From contig CAVYIY010000008.1 in the NCBI GenBank assembly GCA_963768775.1, positions 386,658-450,657 of the forward strand: DNA of 64,000 bases, in the 5' to 3' direction. Under the pieces are notes generated by a model. The model did not search any database. It was not told where the DNA came from and saw nothing but the letters and a program-made list of their open reading frames with translations. The DNA is from Methanomassiliicoccaceae archaeon. Its GTDB lineage: Archaea; Thermoplasmatota; Thermoplasmata; Methanomassiliicoccales; UBA472. Shown here in pieces: positions 29,469 to 39,759 of this stretch (position 1 is its first letter; each line of letters starts with the position of its first letter). The position numbers and the translations under genes are program-made.

Positions 29469-30593
29469 TCACCACGTCCCATATGTTCCATAGTCCCTTG
29501 CAGCTTGAACCAAAGCAAAGACATTCGCCGGCAGCGCATCAGGTGGAAGCTCGCATGCTGTTCCTAGGATGTATCCATTCTTGCTGTCCCTTCCGCCTAT
29601 GAGCTGCTGCTTTGCCTGTTCGTAGATCCTCTTGGGGTTGGGGAGGATCATCATCTTGGTATCGACGGACCCCATGATGGTCGCCACGTCGCCAAACTCC
29701 TTCGCTAGGACGTCGGACGGGAACACCTCTCTCCCTTTGTATCCTATGTGGAAGATTGTGAAAGGGGTGAATATCAGCCTCTCCTTGAACAACTTGTAGT
29801 CGGTCTCGTGATTGCCACATAGATGGTATAGGATCTGGGGGCCTGCTCCCTTCCTCAACGATTTGTCGACGAAATCACGGAGGTAATTCACTGATAGCTC
29901 ATTCACGTCCTTGTCAGAGAAGATGTCGTTGTTGGCGAGAACGGAACCGGTCGAGATCATGGCCATTCCATATCTATTGGCCATAAGCTCCGCCCCGTTG
30001 ACCGCCGTTTCCATATACTTTGAAATAAGCTTATGGGTGGCATCCCTTTCAGTCAGTGACCACACGATGAACTTCTCGATGCCGCACAGTTGCGCCCCTC
30101 CGCCGGTAAGGTCAGAGGTGTATGTCATGGGTACGAATTTCTTGGGTGTATGTTTCTGAATGTAGTCCTGGGCGCGGGTCATCAGTTGACCGGTAAAGCC
30201 CTTCTCCATTTCCTTCAGATCTGGGACTTCGATTTTGTCGACCATCTCGATGTCCTTGATCGAAGGTTCCTTCACCACCGGCGGAAGCAATGGTTGGAAT
30301 TGTATCTCTGCCCCCATCTCCGCCACCCAAGGGAGTGAGAAGTACCAATGGGTCATTGGAATGAGATCGTACATCTCCGAAGCGTTGCCCACGCACATCG
30401 CGCCTAGCTCAGGCTTGGTGTAGAAGTCATTGATGGTATACCCAGAGATAAGTGCCGCATGCGAGAGCATCATGGCGTCAACATCGATCCGGTCGAATTT
30501 CGTCCCCACGAACGGACTCGCGAACCTCTTTTCAGCATGCTCATGCCACTTTTGATTCGGCGGCGGAAGGATGTTCTCGAGATCGATGTTCAT
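29469..30593 (-). CDS. uroporphyrinogen decarboxylase (URO-D) family protein, MtaA/MtbA-like methyltransferase
   Basis: 374 aa. The H-x-C motif YHLCGNHE plus a downstream Cys (GTACELP) resemble the MtaA Zn ligands. Overall length and layout fit URO-D. Confidence 0.6.
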   Translation of the reverse strand: MNIDLENILPPPNQKWHEHAEKRFASPFVGTKFDRIDVDAMMLSHAALISGYTINDFYTKPELGAMCVGNASEMYDLIPMTHWYFSLPWVAEMGAEIQFQPLLPPVVKEPSIKDIEMVDKIEVPDLKEMEKGFTGQLMTRAQDYIQKHTPKKFVPMTYTSDLTGGGAQLCGIEKFIVWSLTERDATHKLISKYMETAVNGAELMANRYGMAMISTGSVLANNDIFSDKDVNELSVNYLRDFVDKSLRKGAGPQILYHLCGNHETDYKLFKERLIFTPFTIFHIGYKGREVFPSDVLAKEFGDVATIMGSVDTKMMILPNPKRIYEQAKQQLIGGRDSKNGYILGTACELPPDALPANVFALVQAARDYGTYGTW

Positions 30594-30689
30594 GCATCTT
30601 CAATCATGACCTCTTCCATTAATCTATTGGCGAAGTTTGAAGCTCGCTACGATAGGACCTCGAAAGGCCTTGATGATAAAAGTATAAGG

Positions 30690-30701
30690 TTGACTAGTCA
30701 A
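30690..30701. promoter_or_regulatory. perfect 12-bp palindrome TTGACTAGTCAA (candidate operator)
   Basis: Lies between a TATA-like AAGTATAAGG (about 30679-30688) and the ATG at 30713, in the divergent intergenic region. Confidence 0.35.
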
Positions 30702-30712
30702 TCGAGAAAGCA

Positions 30713-31045
30713 ATGACTTCGAAAGTCAAGGTCAATATGACTGTGTGCGACAAGACGCATTACATCGAGGCGGAGATGACGCCTGAGAAGGAGTTCAAGG
30801 TTCGGGCCGAGACGAACTGCAAGAACGTCAGGGAGTTTTTCGATAAGCTGGGAACGTTGACGACGATCGATCTCGTTGAGAAGAAGCAGAGCAAGGTCTG
30901 GGAAACATTCATGAATTGTAGGATGAGCCCCAACTGCCTCGTCCCGGCGGCGGTCCTTGATGCGGCATGGATGGAAGCGGGGATGCTCTCCAAGAACCGC
31001 GCACAAGCTTGCGGGTCCAAGTGCATTGAATACCCCAAGGATTGA
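30713..31045 (+). CDS. hypothetical Cys-rich small protein
   Basis: 110 aa with six Cys (C12, C36, C69, C75, C100, C104). No family recognised. Confidence 0.45.
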   Translation: MTSKVKVNMTVCDKTHYIEAEMTPEKEFKVRAETNCKNVREFFDKLGTLTTIDLVEKKQSKVWETFMNCRMSPNCLVPAAVLDAAWMEAGMLSKNRAQACGSKCIEYPKD

Positions 31046-31381
31046 AGTCCTCTAGAACCCACCTGCCTCGCCATCGAAATTGTCCATCCACCCCCTTCTT
31101 GTCGGAAATTGTCGATTGCAGGCGCAATGTGCCCATTTCTAGACACCTGTCTAGCGTTCCAACGCCTCTACTATAACAACAGTACTTTTAAGGTTAGAAT
31201 CGGCGTTGACCTTGCCCATTGAGGGCTACGCCATCGAAGGGAGCTGCGTCCTTTCCGTCGACGAGAGGACGAGATCCCGGGGGCAGCGGTAGGCAAGGTG
31301 CTTCGTAATGACTGAGCGCGGAATCACGTTATGTACTGGTTGCTGGAGAACGATACCAGGGTTCGATGAGAAGGTGTTCCA

Positions 31382-33404
31382 GTGAACGCCAGCTCCGACC
31401 CGCTTAATCCGACGACAGCGGCCCCCGGGGTCCAGTCCGAGACCAATTCACTTTCGACTCCATTGGCGCCCGCAGATCCTTGGAAGACGCAATTCCGCGT
31501 CGACGGCCTCTTCCCATCGATGAATGAAGGTAAGAGAGGCGAGATTGCGCAGGCGATCGAAGGCCTTAAGATCCCCGATCTAAGAGTGATATCCGCCGAG
31601 GGATGGCGCGCCTTGTACTCGCGGGACCAAGCGGACGTGCCCGATCTGCTCCGCAACTTGCTCTTCAAGAGCATGCCCGGGGTCGTGGTTCAGCCCTTTT
31701 CGGCAGAGGCAGTGGCCAAGGTCCTTCGCTTCGCCGCTTCAAAGCAGCTTCCGCTCGTCGTAAGAGGGGCGGGCTCCTCGCCGTTCGGCGGCTCGATGCT
31801 GGTCAAAGGCGGCATGGTGATGGACATGAACGCCATGGACCGGGTGCTCGATTTCGATTCCGCCAAGGGCCAGGTCAAGGTCCAGGCGGGGATGAGATGG
31901 TCCGACCTCGATTGGTTCCTCGAAAAGTACGGGCTGATGGTCCAATCCTCTCCTTCAAGCAGGTTCTCCACCGTCGCGGGCTGGGTCGCCACCGGCGGGA
32001 TCGGCATCGGCAGTGTGTCCGGAGGCCATTTGAGCCGCTGGGTCACGGAATTGGAGGTGGCCACTTCGGATGGCGCGGTCCGGGTGCTCCATCCTTCAGA
32101 CAAGAGATTCAAATCACTATTCGGCAGCGAAGGGCGGCTGGCGGTCATCGTTTCGGTGACGCTTCAAGCGCGGCCTAGGCCGAAGGCGCCCTTCCCCAGC
32201 CTGGTGTTCTTCGACGACCGGGAGAAAGCTCTCCGGTACGCATCCTTCTTGGCGCAAGGGAAGACGCCTCCGCTCGATCTCACCTATTACAGCCCGGGCA
32301 AATTCCAGGCGATCAACCGCCTGCTGGGACGCTCGCACTTCCCCGCCAAGCACGGCGTGATGTGGTGCTACGAGAGCAAGGAGGTCGTCCCTTCGTGCAC
32401 GGCCGTGCCCTCGGGGGCGAAGCGTGCGGACACGTACCTCGCCAGTCTGATATGGAACGAGCGCTTCTTTCCAATGAAGTTCCGCAAGCTCGGGCCTGGC
32501 CTGATGGGATCGGAAGTAATGGTCCCGCAGGAGCATCTGCCGAAGGTCGTTGCCAAAGCGGAGACTGTCGGCCGCCAGCATGATCTCTCGCCGCTGATGG
32601 AGGTGCACTTCCTGCCCGGTGGCGATGGCCTTCTACTTACCTATTATATCACTGATCAAGCGAGGATGATGCGCTACACCATGGACTCGTTCCGCGGCCT
32701 TCTGATCAGCAGCGCCTTGATGGAAGCGGGGGCGAAGCCCTATTCGCTCGGCGTCTGGAACAACATGTTCTCCGACCAGGCGGACGAGGGCGATCTGGCC
32801 GAAGCTAAGGCCGAGCTCGACCCCGCCGGCATAATGAACCAGGGCAAGTACCCCCGCCTGAAGGGACGCTTCGGCGGACTGCCGGCAGCGATGTTCACGC
32901 CTGGGGTCATGGGCAGCGCGCTCAGGCTGGTGAACCGCGCCGGCGCCGTTTCCGCTCCAGCGATCAAATTGATTTCGGGCGCCAAGGCGTTCGACCGGGC
33001 CGGCGATGACATGCTACTGAAAACAGCCGATGAATGCGCCATGTGCGGTGCCTGCGTCGGCGTCTGTCCAGCTTACTTGTTGACCAAGGACGAGCGGGTC
33101 ACCGCACGGGGCAAGCTGCTCGCCGCCCGGAATTCGTGCTCGGAGGCGACATTTCCAAGGAGCACGCGCACCTCATCTTCCTCTGCATGCGCTGCAAGGC
33201 CTGCGAGCAGGTCTGCCAGTCGAAGCTCCACCTGATCGCCGTGTACGACGAGATGGAGAAGCGGCTGGAGAGGAAGCACGGCAAGGACGACGAGATGATC
33301 AAGAGCTTCATAGATCTGGCCGAGCAGTCTCCTGCCTACGACGCCCTGGTCGAGCGGGGCCTGGTGCTCGGCGCAGCCGCAAGAACGTGGAAGGAGGTAA
33401 GTGA
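31382..33404 (+). CDS. FAD-linked oxidase (GlcD/D-lactate dehydrogenase-like) fused to a 2x[4Fe-4S] ferredoxin-like C-terminus; frameshifted, both ends uncertain
   Basis: FAD_binding_4-like LPLVVRGAGSSPFGG. Cys clusters CAMCGACVGVCP and, after a shift near 33125, CMRCKACEQVCQ. The start may be the ATG at 31520. The true stop is unclear; TAA 33398 or TGA 33402 are in other frames. Confidence 0.65.
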
Positions 33405-33405
33405 G

Positions 33406-34767
33406 ATGTACGAGCGCTACCACGTCCCCAAGAAGGAGCTGCCGCCGATGGGCGCGCCATTCTCCAAGATCTCGGTCGTCCGGGACGATGCGCTGCATGA
33501 ACTGCGGCCGATGCGAGGATGCCTGCATCTACGGCGTGCATGAGCGGTCTGCCATTGACCCAAGGGTCATGGCCGAGCCGAAGAGCCACCTGTGCAAGAA
33601 CTGCCTGCGCTGCGTCGAGGACTGTCCGCAGCGGGCGCTGACGGTCGAGCTATCGAAGTCGTATCTAGCGCTGGGAGGGGGACTCTGGACGCCCCAGCGC
33701 GTCGTCACCATCTGGAACGAGGCGTAGACCGGCAAGCTCCCGGTGTTCGGCGCCGGCTACCGGGGCATGTTCGTCCGGGCCCGGCTACGATTCCATGTGG
33801 ACGGACATGTCCGAGATCGTCCGGCCCACCAGGGACGGCATCCACGGTCGGGAGTACATCTCCACCAGCGTCGACCTGGGCAAGAGGGTCGACCACCTGG
33901 AGTTCGATGGAGCGGGGAAATTGACTCACGAAGATGCCCACGTTCGTGGAGATGCCCCATCCCCATGATCTGGACCTGACCAGGCTGCGGACCTCACCGT
34001 CGAGCGCGACGAAGGGCTGATCCAGGCGGCGAAGGCGCTCGGGACGTTGTTCATCCGCCAGCCGAGGGCGATCTGCCCAATCGGCAAGAACGGCTCGATG
34101 GTCCCGGTGTTCTCGCCGGCAAGACCTCGCGCAAGATTCGATCTCCCCGATCCGAAGATGGTCGAAGCTGGAGCACTCGTCCGAATGGAAGGCGGACCTG
34201 AAGGCGCTGAAGCAGCGCTTCCCCGGCGTGCTCGTCGGCACCAGGATCGAGGCCAGGAGCGGCATCGAGAAGGACGCGATCGAACTGGCATCGTCCGAAG
34301 CGGACATCATCCATCTGCTCTATGACGAGCAGGGCCAGGAGTCAAGGGACCAGCGATGGCCAAGGACTCGCTGCTGGCGATCAACCACGCACTGGCCACC
34401 GCATCCCTGCAGGGAGAGGGTCAGCATCATCGCCGCCGGCGGCCTGGCCGCGGCGGAGCATGTGCCCAAGAGCCTGATCTGCGGCGCCGACGCGGTCGTG
34501 CTGGAGCAGGCGCTGAAGGTGGCGCTGGGCTGCCATGCCTGCCCATCCTGCCCAAGGTCTTGCCCGATGGACCAGAACGGCATCACCACCAACTAGGCCA
34601 ATTGGAGGGTCGTGAACATGGTCGGCGCCTGGAGGGACCAGCTGCTGGAGGTCATGGGCGCCATGGGCGTCCGGGAGGCGCGCCGCCTGCGGGGCGAGAC
34701 CGGCCGGGCCATATTCTACGAGGATGCGGAGAGGGATGCGTTCGCCAACATCCAGGGAGGTGCTTGA
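33406..34767 (+). pseudogene. ferredoxin-fused GltB-FMN-domain-like protein, paralog A; about 8 frameshifts and 2 in-frame TAG
   Basis: GGAGGT SD before the ATG at 33406. Recovered pieces: CMNCGRCEDAC..CKNCLRCVEDCP, WNEA-TAG-TGKLPVFGAGY, DSMWTDMSEIVRPTRDGIHGREYISTSVDLG, IIAAGGLAAAEH..GADAVVLE, CHACPSCPRSCP..GITTN-TAG-ANWRVVNMV..MGAMGVREARRLRG. These were pieced from all three frames by hand. Confidence 0.6.
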
Positions 34768-34768
34768 G

Positions 34769-36288
34769 ATGGTGCGCAATGTCACCGAGTTCGATGCGAT
34801 GAGGACTTCAGCGCAGGTTCCGTCGACAGCTGCTGAAGCGGATGAGCCCGGTACCGGGTCACCAGGGCGGACACCTGCATCAACTGCGGGCTGTGCGCGT
34901 CGCTCTGCCCTTACGGCGTGCACCGGCGCGTGGAGGGGCATGTCGAGCATCCTGCCCCCGGCGGAGCCGAAGTGCATCGGCCCGACCTGCTCCTCGAATT
35001 CGTATCTACTGCGTGAAGAACTGCCCGACCAGCTCGTTGTCGGTCATCGCCGAACCCGGTATTCGCCAGCATGGGCGATCCGCGCTGGACGCCGGAGATG
35101 ATCACTGGCCACGTGGAAGCAGGCCGAGACCGGCGAGCCGTTGCCGCTGGACCACTCGCCGCGAACGTCGGCAACTCCGGCGGAGGGTTCGACCGCATGT
35201 CGATTCGCGCTGCCTCCGATGAAGGGCAAGTTCCATCCGGAGGAGATATCCACCGCCATCGATCTCAACCACCGGAAGTATGGGCCGAGGGTCCAGATCG
35301 ACATCCCGGTGTACGGCGGCGGAATGTCCTTCGGCTCGATCAGCAAGAGGACGATGCTGGCCAGGGCCATGGCCGCCAAGGAATGGAACACCTTCACCTG
35401 CACCGGCGAGGGCGGATATCCCGGACTGCTGATCCCGTACAAGGAGCACGTCATCACCCAGATCGCCACCGGCTGTTCGGCGTCAGGGAGGAGACGATCA
35501 AGCGCGCCCCGATCGTCGAGTTCAAGTACGCTCAGGGCGCGAAGCCCGGTCTGGGCGGGCACCTGCTGTACGAGAAGAACACGCCCGAGGTGGCGAGGAT
35601 GAGGGAGGCGGTCCCGTACACCAGCCTGTTCTCCCCGTTCCCGTTCCACAGCGTCTACTCGGTCGAGGACCACAAGAAGCACCTCGACTGGATCTACGTC
35701 GGTGAACCCGAAGGCGCTGCTGTCGGTCAAGGTGTCCACGCCCAACGACGTGGAGATGGTGGCGGTCGGCACCTACTACGCCGGCGCGCAACATCGTCCA
35801 TCTGGACGGAGGATACGGCGGCACCGGCGCGGCGCCGGAGATCGCCAAGAAGAACATCGCCAGCCGATCGAGTACGCCATCCCGAAGGTGCACCGCTTCC
35901 TGGAGAAGGAAGGCATCCGGGAGGACGTGACGCTGATCGCCAGCGGCGGCATGAGCACCGCCATGGACGTCGCCAAGGCCATCGCCTGGGCGCGGACGGC
36001 GTCGTCATCGGCACCGCGGAGATGGTGGCGATGGGATGCGTCCGCTGCGCCAACTGCGAGAGCGGGCGCGGCTGCCCGCGCGGCATCGCGACCACGGACA
36101 AGGAGCTGGAGCATGCTGAACGAGATACCGATCCAGGCCAAGCAGGCTGTACCAACCTGTACCGCTCCTGGCAGATGCAGTGGAAGGAGCTGCTGCTACC
36201 GGCTGGACATGAAGGACATCAGGCGAGCTCAGGGGCAGGATGGACCTGCTCCGCTACGAGGGAACACCCAGGGAGGCTGCTGTCATGA
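34769..36288 (+). pseudogene. ferredoxin-fused glutamate synthase FMN (GltB domain 2) subunit, paralog B; many frameshifts
   Basis: CINCGLCASLCPYGVH, YCVKNCP, WKQAETGE, IPVYGGGMSFGSIS, EFKYAQGAKPGLGGHLL, FHSVYSVEDHKK, HLDGGYGGTGAAP, IASGGMSTAMDVAKAI..GADGVVIGTAEMVAMGCVRCANCESGRGCPRGIATTD. Fragments are spread over three frames and the 3' end is approximate. Confidence 0.65.
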
Positions 36289-38893
36289 GACCACGCCAAC
36301 AAGACTACTGAGATTCGAGAAGGAAGCTCACGCAGGACCCGTTCAAATACCTGCCCGCAGGAGGCCGAGGGCGGATGCGGGGTGGTCGGGCTTGGCCGCC
36401 TCGCAACCGGTCGACGGCTGCTCACATACTGCGCCGCTGGAGCAGATGCACAACCGGGGCAACGGAAAGGGCGGCGGCATCTCCGCCGTCGGCCTGGTGC
36501 CCGGAGCAGCTGGGCGTGGACAAGAAGACGCTGGAGCAGCGACTACCTGGTCCAGGTCGCCTACCTCAAGGACGAGGTGCAGGGAGGAGCTGGAGAAGGA
36601 GTTCATCCATCGACGATACGATGTGCATTCGACGCACCGGGTGCCGATCAGCGACGATCCCGCTTTGCTCGGCAAGATTGGAGGTGACGCCGCCAACGGT
36701 GGTACCGCTACTTCTGCCGGGCCAAGAAGGAGGTCCTGGACCGCTTCATCGATGGAGAACGAGCTTCAACGACATCGACCGGAGGCAGGCGGAGGACGAG
36801 TTCGTCTATCAGACCAGCTTCAAGATCAACCAGAAGTACTACGCCGGCAACGACGATGTCCGCCTTCGTCATGTCCCAGGGCCGGAACATGCTGATCATG
36901 AAGATCGTCGGCTACGCCGAGGACGTCATCCGCTATTACAAGCTGGAGGACTTCAAGGCGAACATGTGGATCGGGCATCAGAGGTATCCGACCAAGGGTC
37001 GGGTCTGGCATCCCGGCGGAGCGCATCCGTTCATGGGCCTGGACGAGGCGCTGGTGCACAACGGCGACTTCGCGAACTACTACTCGGTCACCGAGTATCT
37101 GGGCCAGAAGGGCATCACGCCGCTGTTCCTGACCGACACCGAGGTCTCGGTGCTGTTCTTCGACCTGCTCAACCGCGTCTACGGCTATCCGCTGGAGTAC
37201 ATCCTGGAGGCGCTGGCGCCGACGACGGAGAGGGACTTCCATCTGCTGTCCGAGGAGAAGCAGAAGATCTACCGGGCGATCCAGTCGACGCACCTGCAGC
37301 GCTCGCCGGACGGGCCCTGGTTCTTCATCATCAGCCGCAACGACTATTACAACGACAGACTGCAGCTGATCGGCATCACCGACACGTCGATGCTGCGGCC
37401 TCAGGTCTTCGCCCTGGTCGAGGGCGAGGTGCAGGTCGGCCTGATCGCCTCGGAGAAGCAGGCGATCGACTCGTCGCTCCGCAGCCTGGCCAAAGAGTTC
37501 AAGTCGGTGCCGCAGCAGGCGGACATGTACTGGAACGCCAGGGGCGGGAGCCATACTGACGGCGGCGCGTTCATCTTCACCTTGGGCGCTGAGGTCCCGG
37601 GCAAGGGGAGGGAGCTGGTCTGCACCAACAAGTTCGGTGCGCGCGTTTCCATCCCCAGCGACGGATACGACCGGCGTGAGGACGACATCATGTCTGGCGC
37701 CCTGCCGGAAAACGCGGCCTCGGAGCTCGCGGCCCGCATGCTCGCGGGCAGCGTGGACGGTGGATTCGACATCTGGAAGGATGCCATCGCTCGATCGAGC
37801 GCGAAGGAAGCGATGAGCGCCATCTCCTCCCTGTCATCGGGGGGCACGAGCGCAGAGGACGTCGAGAAGAGGGTGGCACTGCTCACGTTGGCCATGGATC
37901 GGCGCTACTCCACCGGCAAGCTGCGGAGGAGCCGATTGCTCTCCCTGCTCAACGTCGGAGTGAACCGATTGCTCCATGCCTCATCGGGCAATGGGTTCGT
38001 CCTGGTCGACCAGAAATGGCGCAGCCAGATGCGTGCGCCCAGACCGGGCGAGAAGGCCCTGGTCATCGACAGCAAGGGATTCCCGATGGAGGGCGAGGAG
38101 GGCGTCTCCCACCTGATCTGCCGTGCGGCCGAGCAGGGCTGGAAGCGCATCCTCGTCGTCGGCGTGCATGGGCAGCGCTTCTTCGGCTGCGGCCTCGGAC
38201 CGAGGTCTGGCGGCGTCGAGGTAGAGGCGTATGGAAGCTACGGGCGATTACCTCGCCTCCGGCCTGGACGGGGCATCGATCATTGTCCACAGCAACGGGC
38301 AGGACCAGCTGGGCCAGATATTGAACTCAGGCAAGCTGGTGGTGCACGGGGATGTCGGGCAGACGTTCATGTACGGTGCCAAGGGAGGAGAGGTCTTCAT
38401 CCTGGGCAATGCCGCCGGACGGCCGCTCATCAACGCCGTGGGGAAGCCCCGCGTGGTCATCAACGGCACCTGTCTGGACTATCTCGCAGAATCGTTCATG
38501 GCCGGGGACCCGCTGAACGGAGGCGGATTCGTGATCCTCAACGCACTTGGGTTCGACGGGGACGGCAAGGCGTTCGACCTTCCTGAGCCATACCCAGGCG
38601 GCAACCTGTTCTCCCTGGCCTCGGGCGGCGCGATCTACGTGCGCGACCCCAAGGGCAAGGTGGGCGAGGACCAGCTGAACGGCGGCAGGATAGTACCGCT
38701 GGGCGAGAAGGACTGGGAGACGATACTGCCATACCTGAGGGAGAATGAGAGGCTCTTCGGCATCTCGGTGGAGGACGTGCTGCTGCGCAAGGATGGCGCG
38801 CAGGTCAAACCCTGGGATATCTACAAGAAGGTCGAGGTCCTGCCGCTCGCCTCGGTCCCGAAGAGCGAGCAGCTCGACGACGATACGGACTAA
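36285..38893 (+). pseudogene. class II (Ntn) glutamine amidotransferase fused to a GXGXG (GltB C-terminal) domain; about 9 frameshifts in the first 600 nt and one near 38232
   Basis: GGGAGG SD before the ATG at 36285. Recovered pieces: EGGCGVVGL, MHNRGNGKGGGISAVG, WIGHQRYPTKGRVWHPGGAHPF..VHNGDFANY (36856..38225 is intact). The GXGXG part reads TGDYLASGLDGASIIVHSNG..VVHGDVGQTFMYGAKGGEVFILGNAAGRP. The 5' boundary is approximate. Confidence 0.6.
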
Positions 38894-38968
38894 CGATGAG
38901 ATCGTCGTGAGGAACCGAAAGGCTGATTATCGAAGCCGACCTCCCAATCGTCAGCTCGAGCTGATTAA

Positions 38969-39733
38969 ATGCGCAACATCTATTTCATCGGGACCGCTGG
39001 AAGCGGCAAATCGTCATTGGTGAGCGCCTTTCAGGAGTGGATGACCCTCCAGGGCCTCGATTGCATCACCGTCAATCTCGATCCCGGGGTCGAGTTCATG
39101 CCCTACGAGCCGGACGTGGACATCCGCGATTGGGTGCGGGTGGGAGAGGTGATGCGCGACTACGGCCTCGGCCCCAATGGAGCGCAGATCGTTTGCGCGG
39201 ACATGATGGCGTTGAACGCGAAAGAGCTCGCAGAGACCATGGAGACCTTCAAGACCCCTTACGCCTTGATCGACACCCCAGGCCAGATGGAGCTCTTCGC
39301 CTTCCGCCAGTCGAGCAGCATGATCGTCGACACTCTGGGGAAGGAGGACTCCTTCCTCGTTTTCCTCTCCGACCCCGCACTGGCGAAGACGCCGAACGGG
39401 TTCATCTCCACCCTGATGCTTGCCGCCGTCACCCACTTCCGCTTCGACATTCCCTTCCTTAATGTGCTCTCCAAGTCCGATCTGCTGAGCGAAACGGAGC
39501 TCGAAGCGCTAATGAACTGGTCCAAGGATCCGGATGCGCTTTACGGTGCATTGACGGATGCGGACATGAGCGCGAGCACGGTGCAGAGCGTCGAGCTCCT
39601 CAAGGCGATGGAGAGCGTCGGCATGTACCGGGAGATAACGCCGGTCTCGGCCGAGATTCCTTCGGGCATCGAGGACGTCTACAATGCCATCCAGCAATCA
39701 ATGGAGGGCGGAGAGGACCTCAGGAGCGACTGA
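38969..39733 (+). CDS. GPN-loop GTPase (Npa3/XAB1/PAB0955 family)
   Basis: 254 aa. P-loop GTAGSGKSS, the signature LGPNGA, and DTPGQMELF. Confidence 0.85.
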   Translation: MRNIYFIGTAGSGKSSLVSAFQEWMTLQGLDCITVNLDPGVEFMPYEPDVDIRDWVRVGEVMRDYGLGPNGAQIVCADMMALNAKELAETMETFKTPYALIDTPGQMELFAFRQSSSMIVDTLGKEDSFLVFLSDPALAKTPNGFISTLMLAAVTHFRFDIPFLNVLSKSDLLSETELEALMNWSKDPDALYGALTDADMSASTVQSVELLKAMESVGMYREITPVSAEIPSGIEDVYNAIQQSMEGGEDLRSD

Positions 39734-39759
39734 GCCGACCAAAGTATATTAAACGGCGA

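Noticed and set aside
31308-31385. 25-codon CxxC mini-ORF (MTERGITLCTGCWRTIPGFDEKVFQ) overlapping the GTG at 31382
   Set aside because: It is too short and lacks independent support. It is mentioned only as part of the long-leader observation.
33034-33543. Apparent in-frame read-through fusing the FAD/FeS gene to paralog A
   Set aside because: A strong GGAGGT-N8-ATG start at 33406 and stop codons in the two other frames at 33398-33404 suggest separate genes with an undetected indel. The fusion cannot be strictly excluded.
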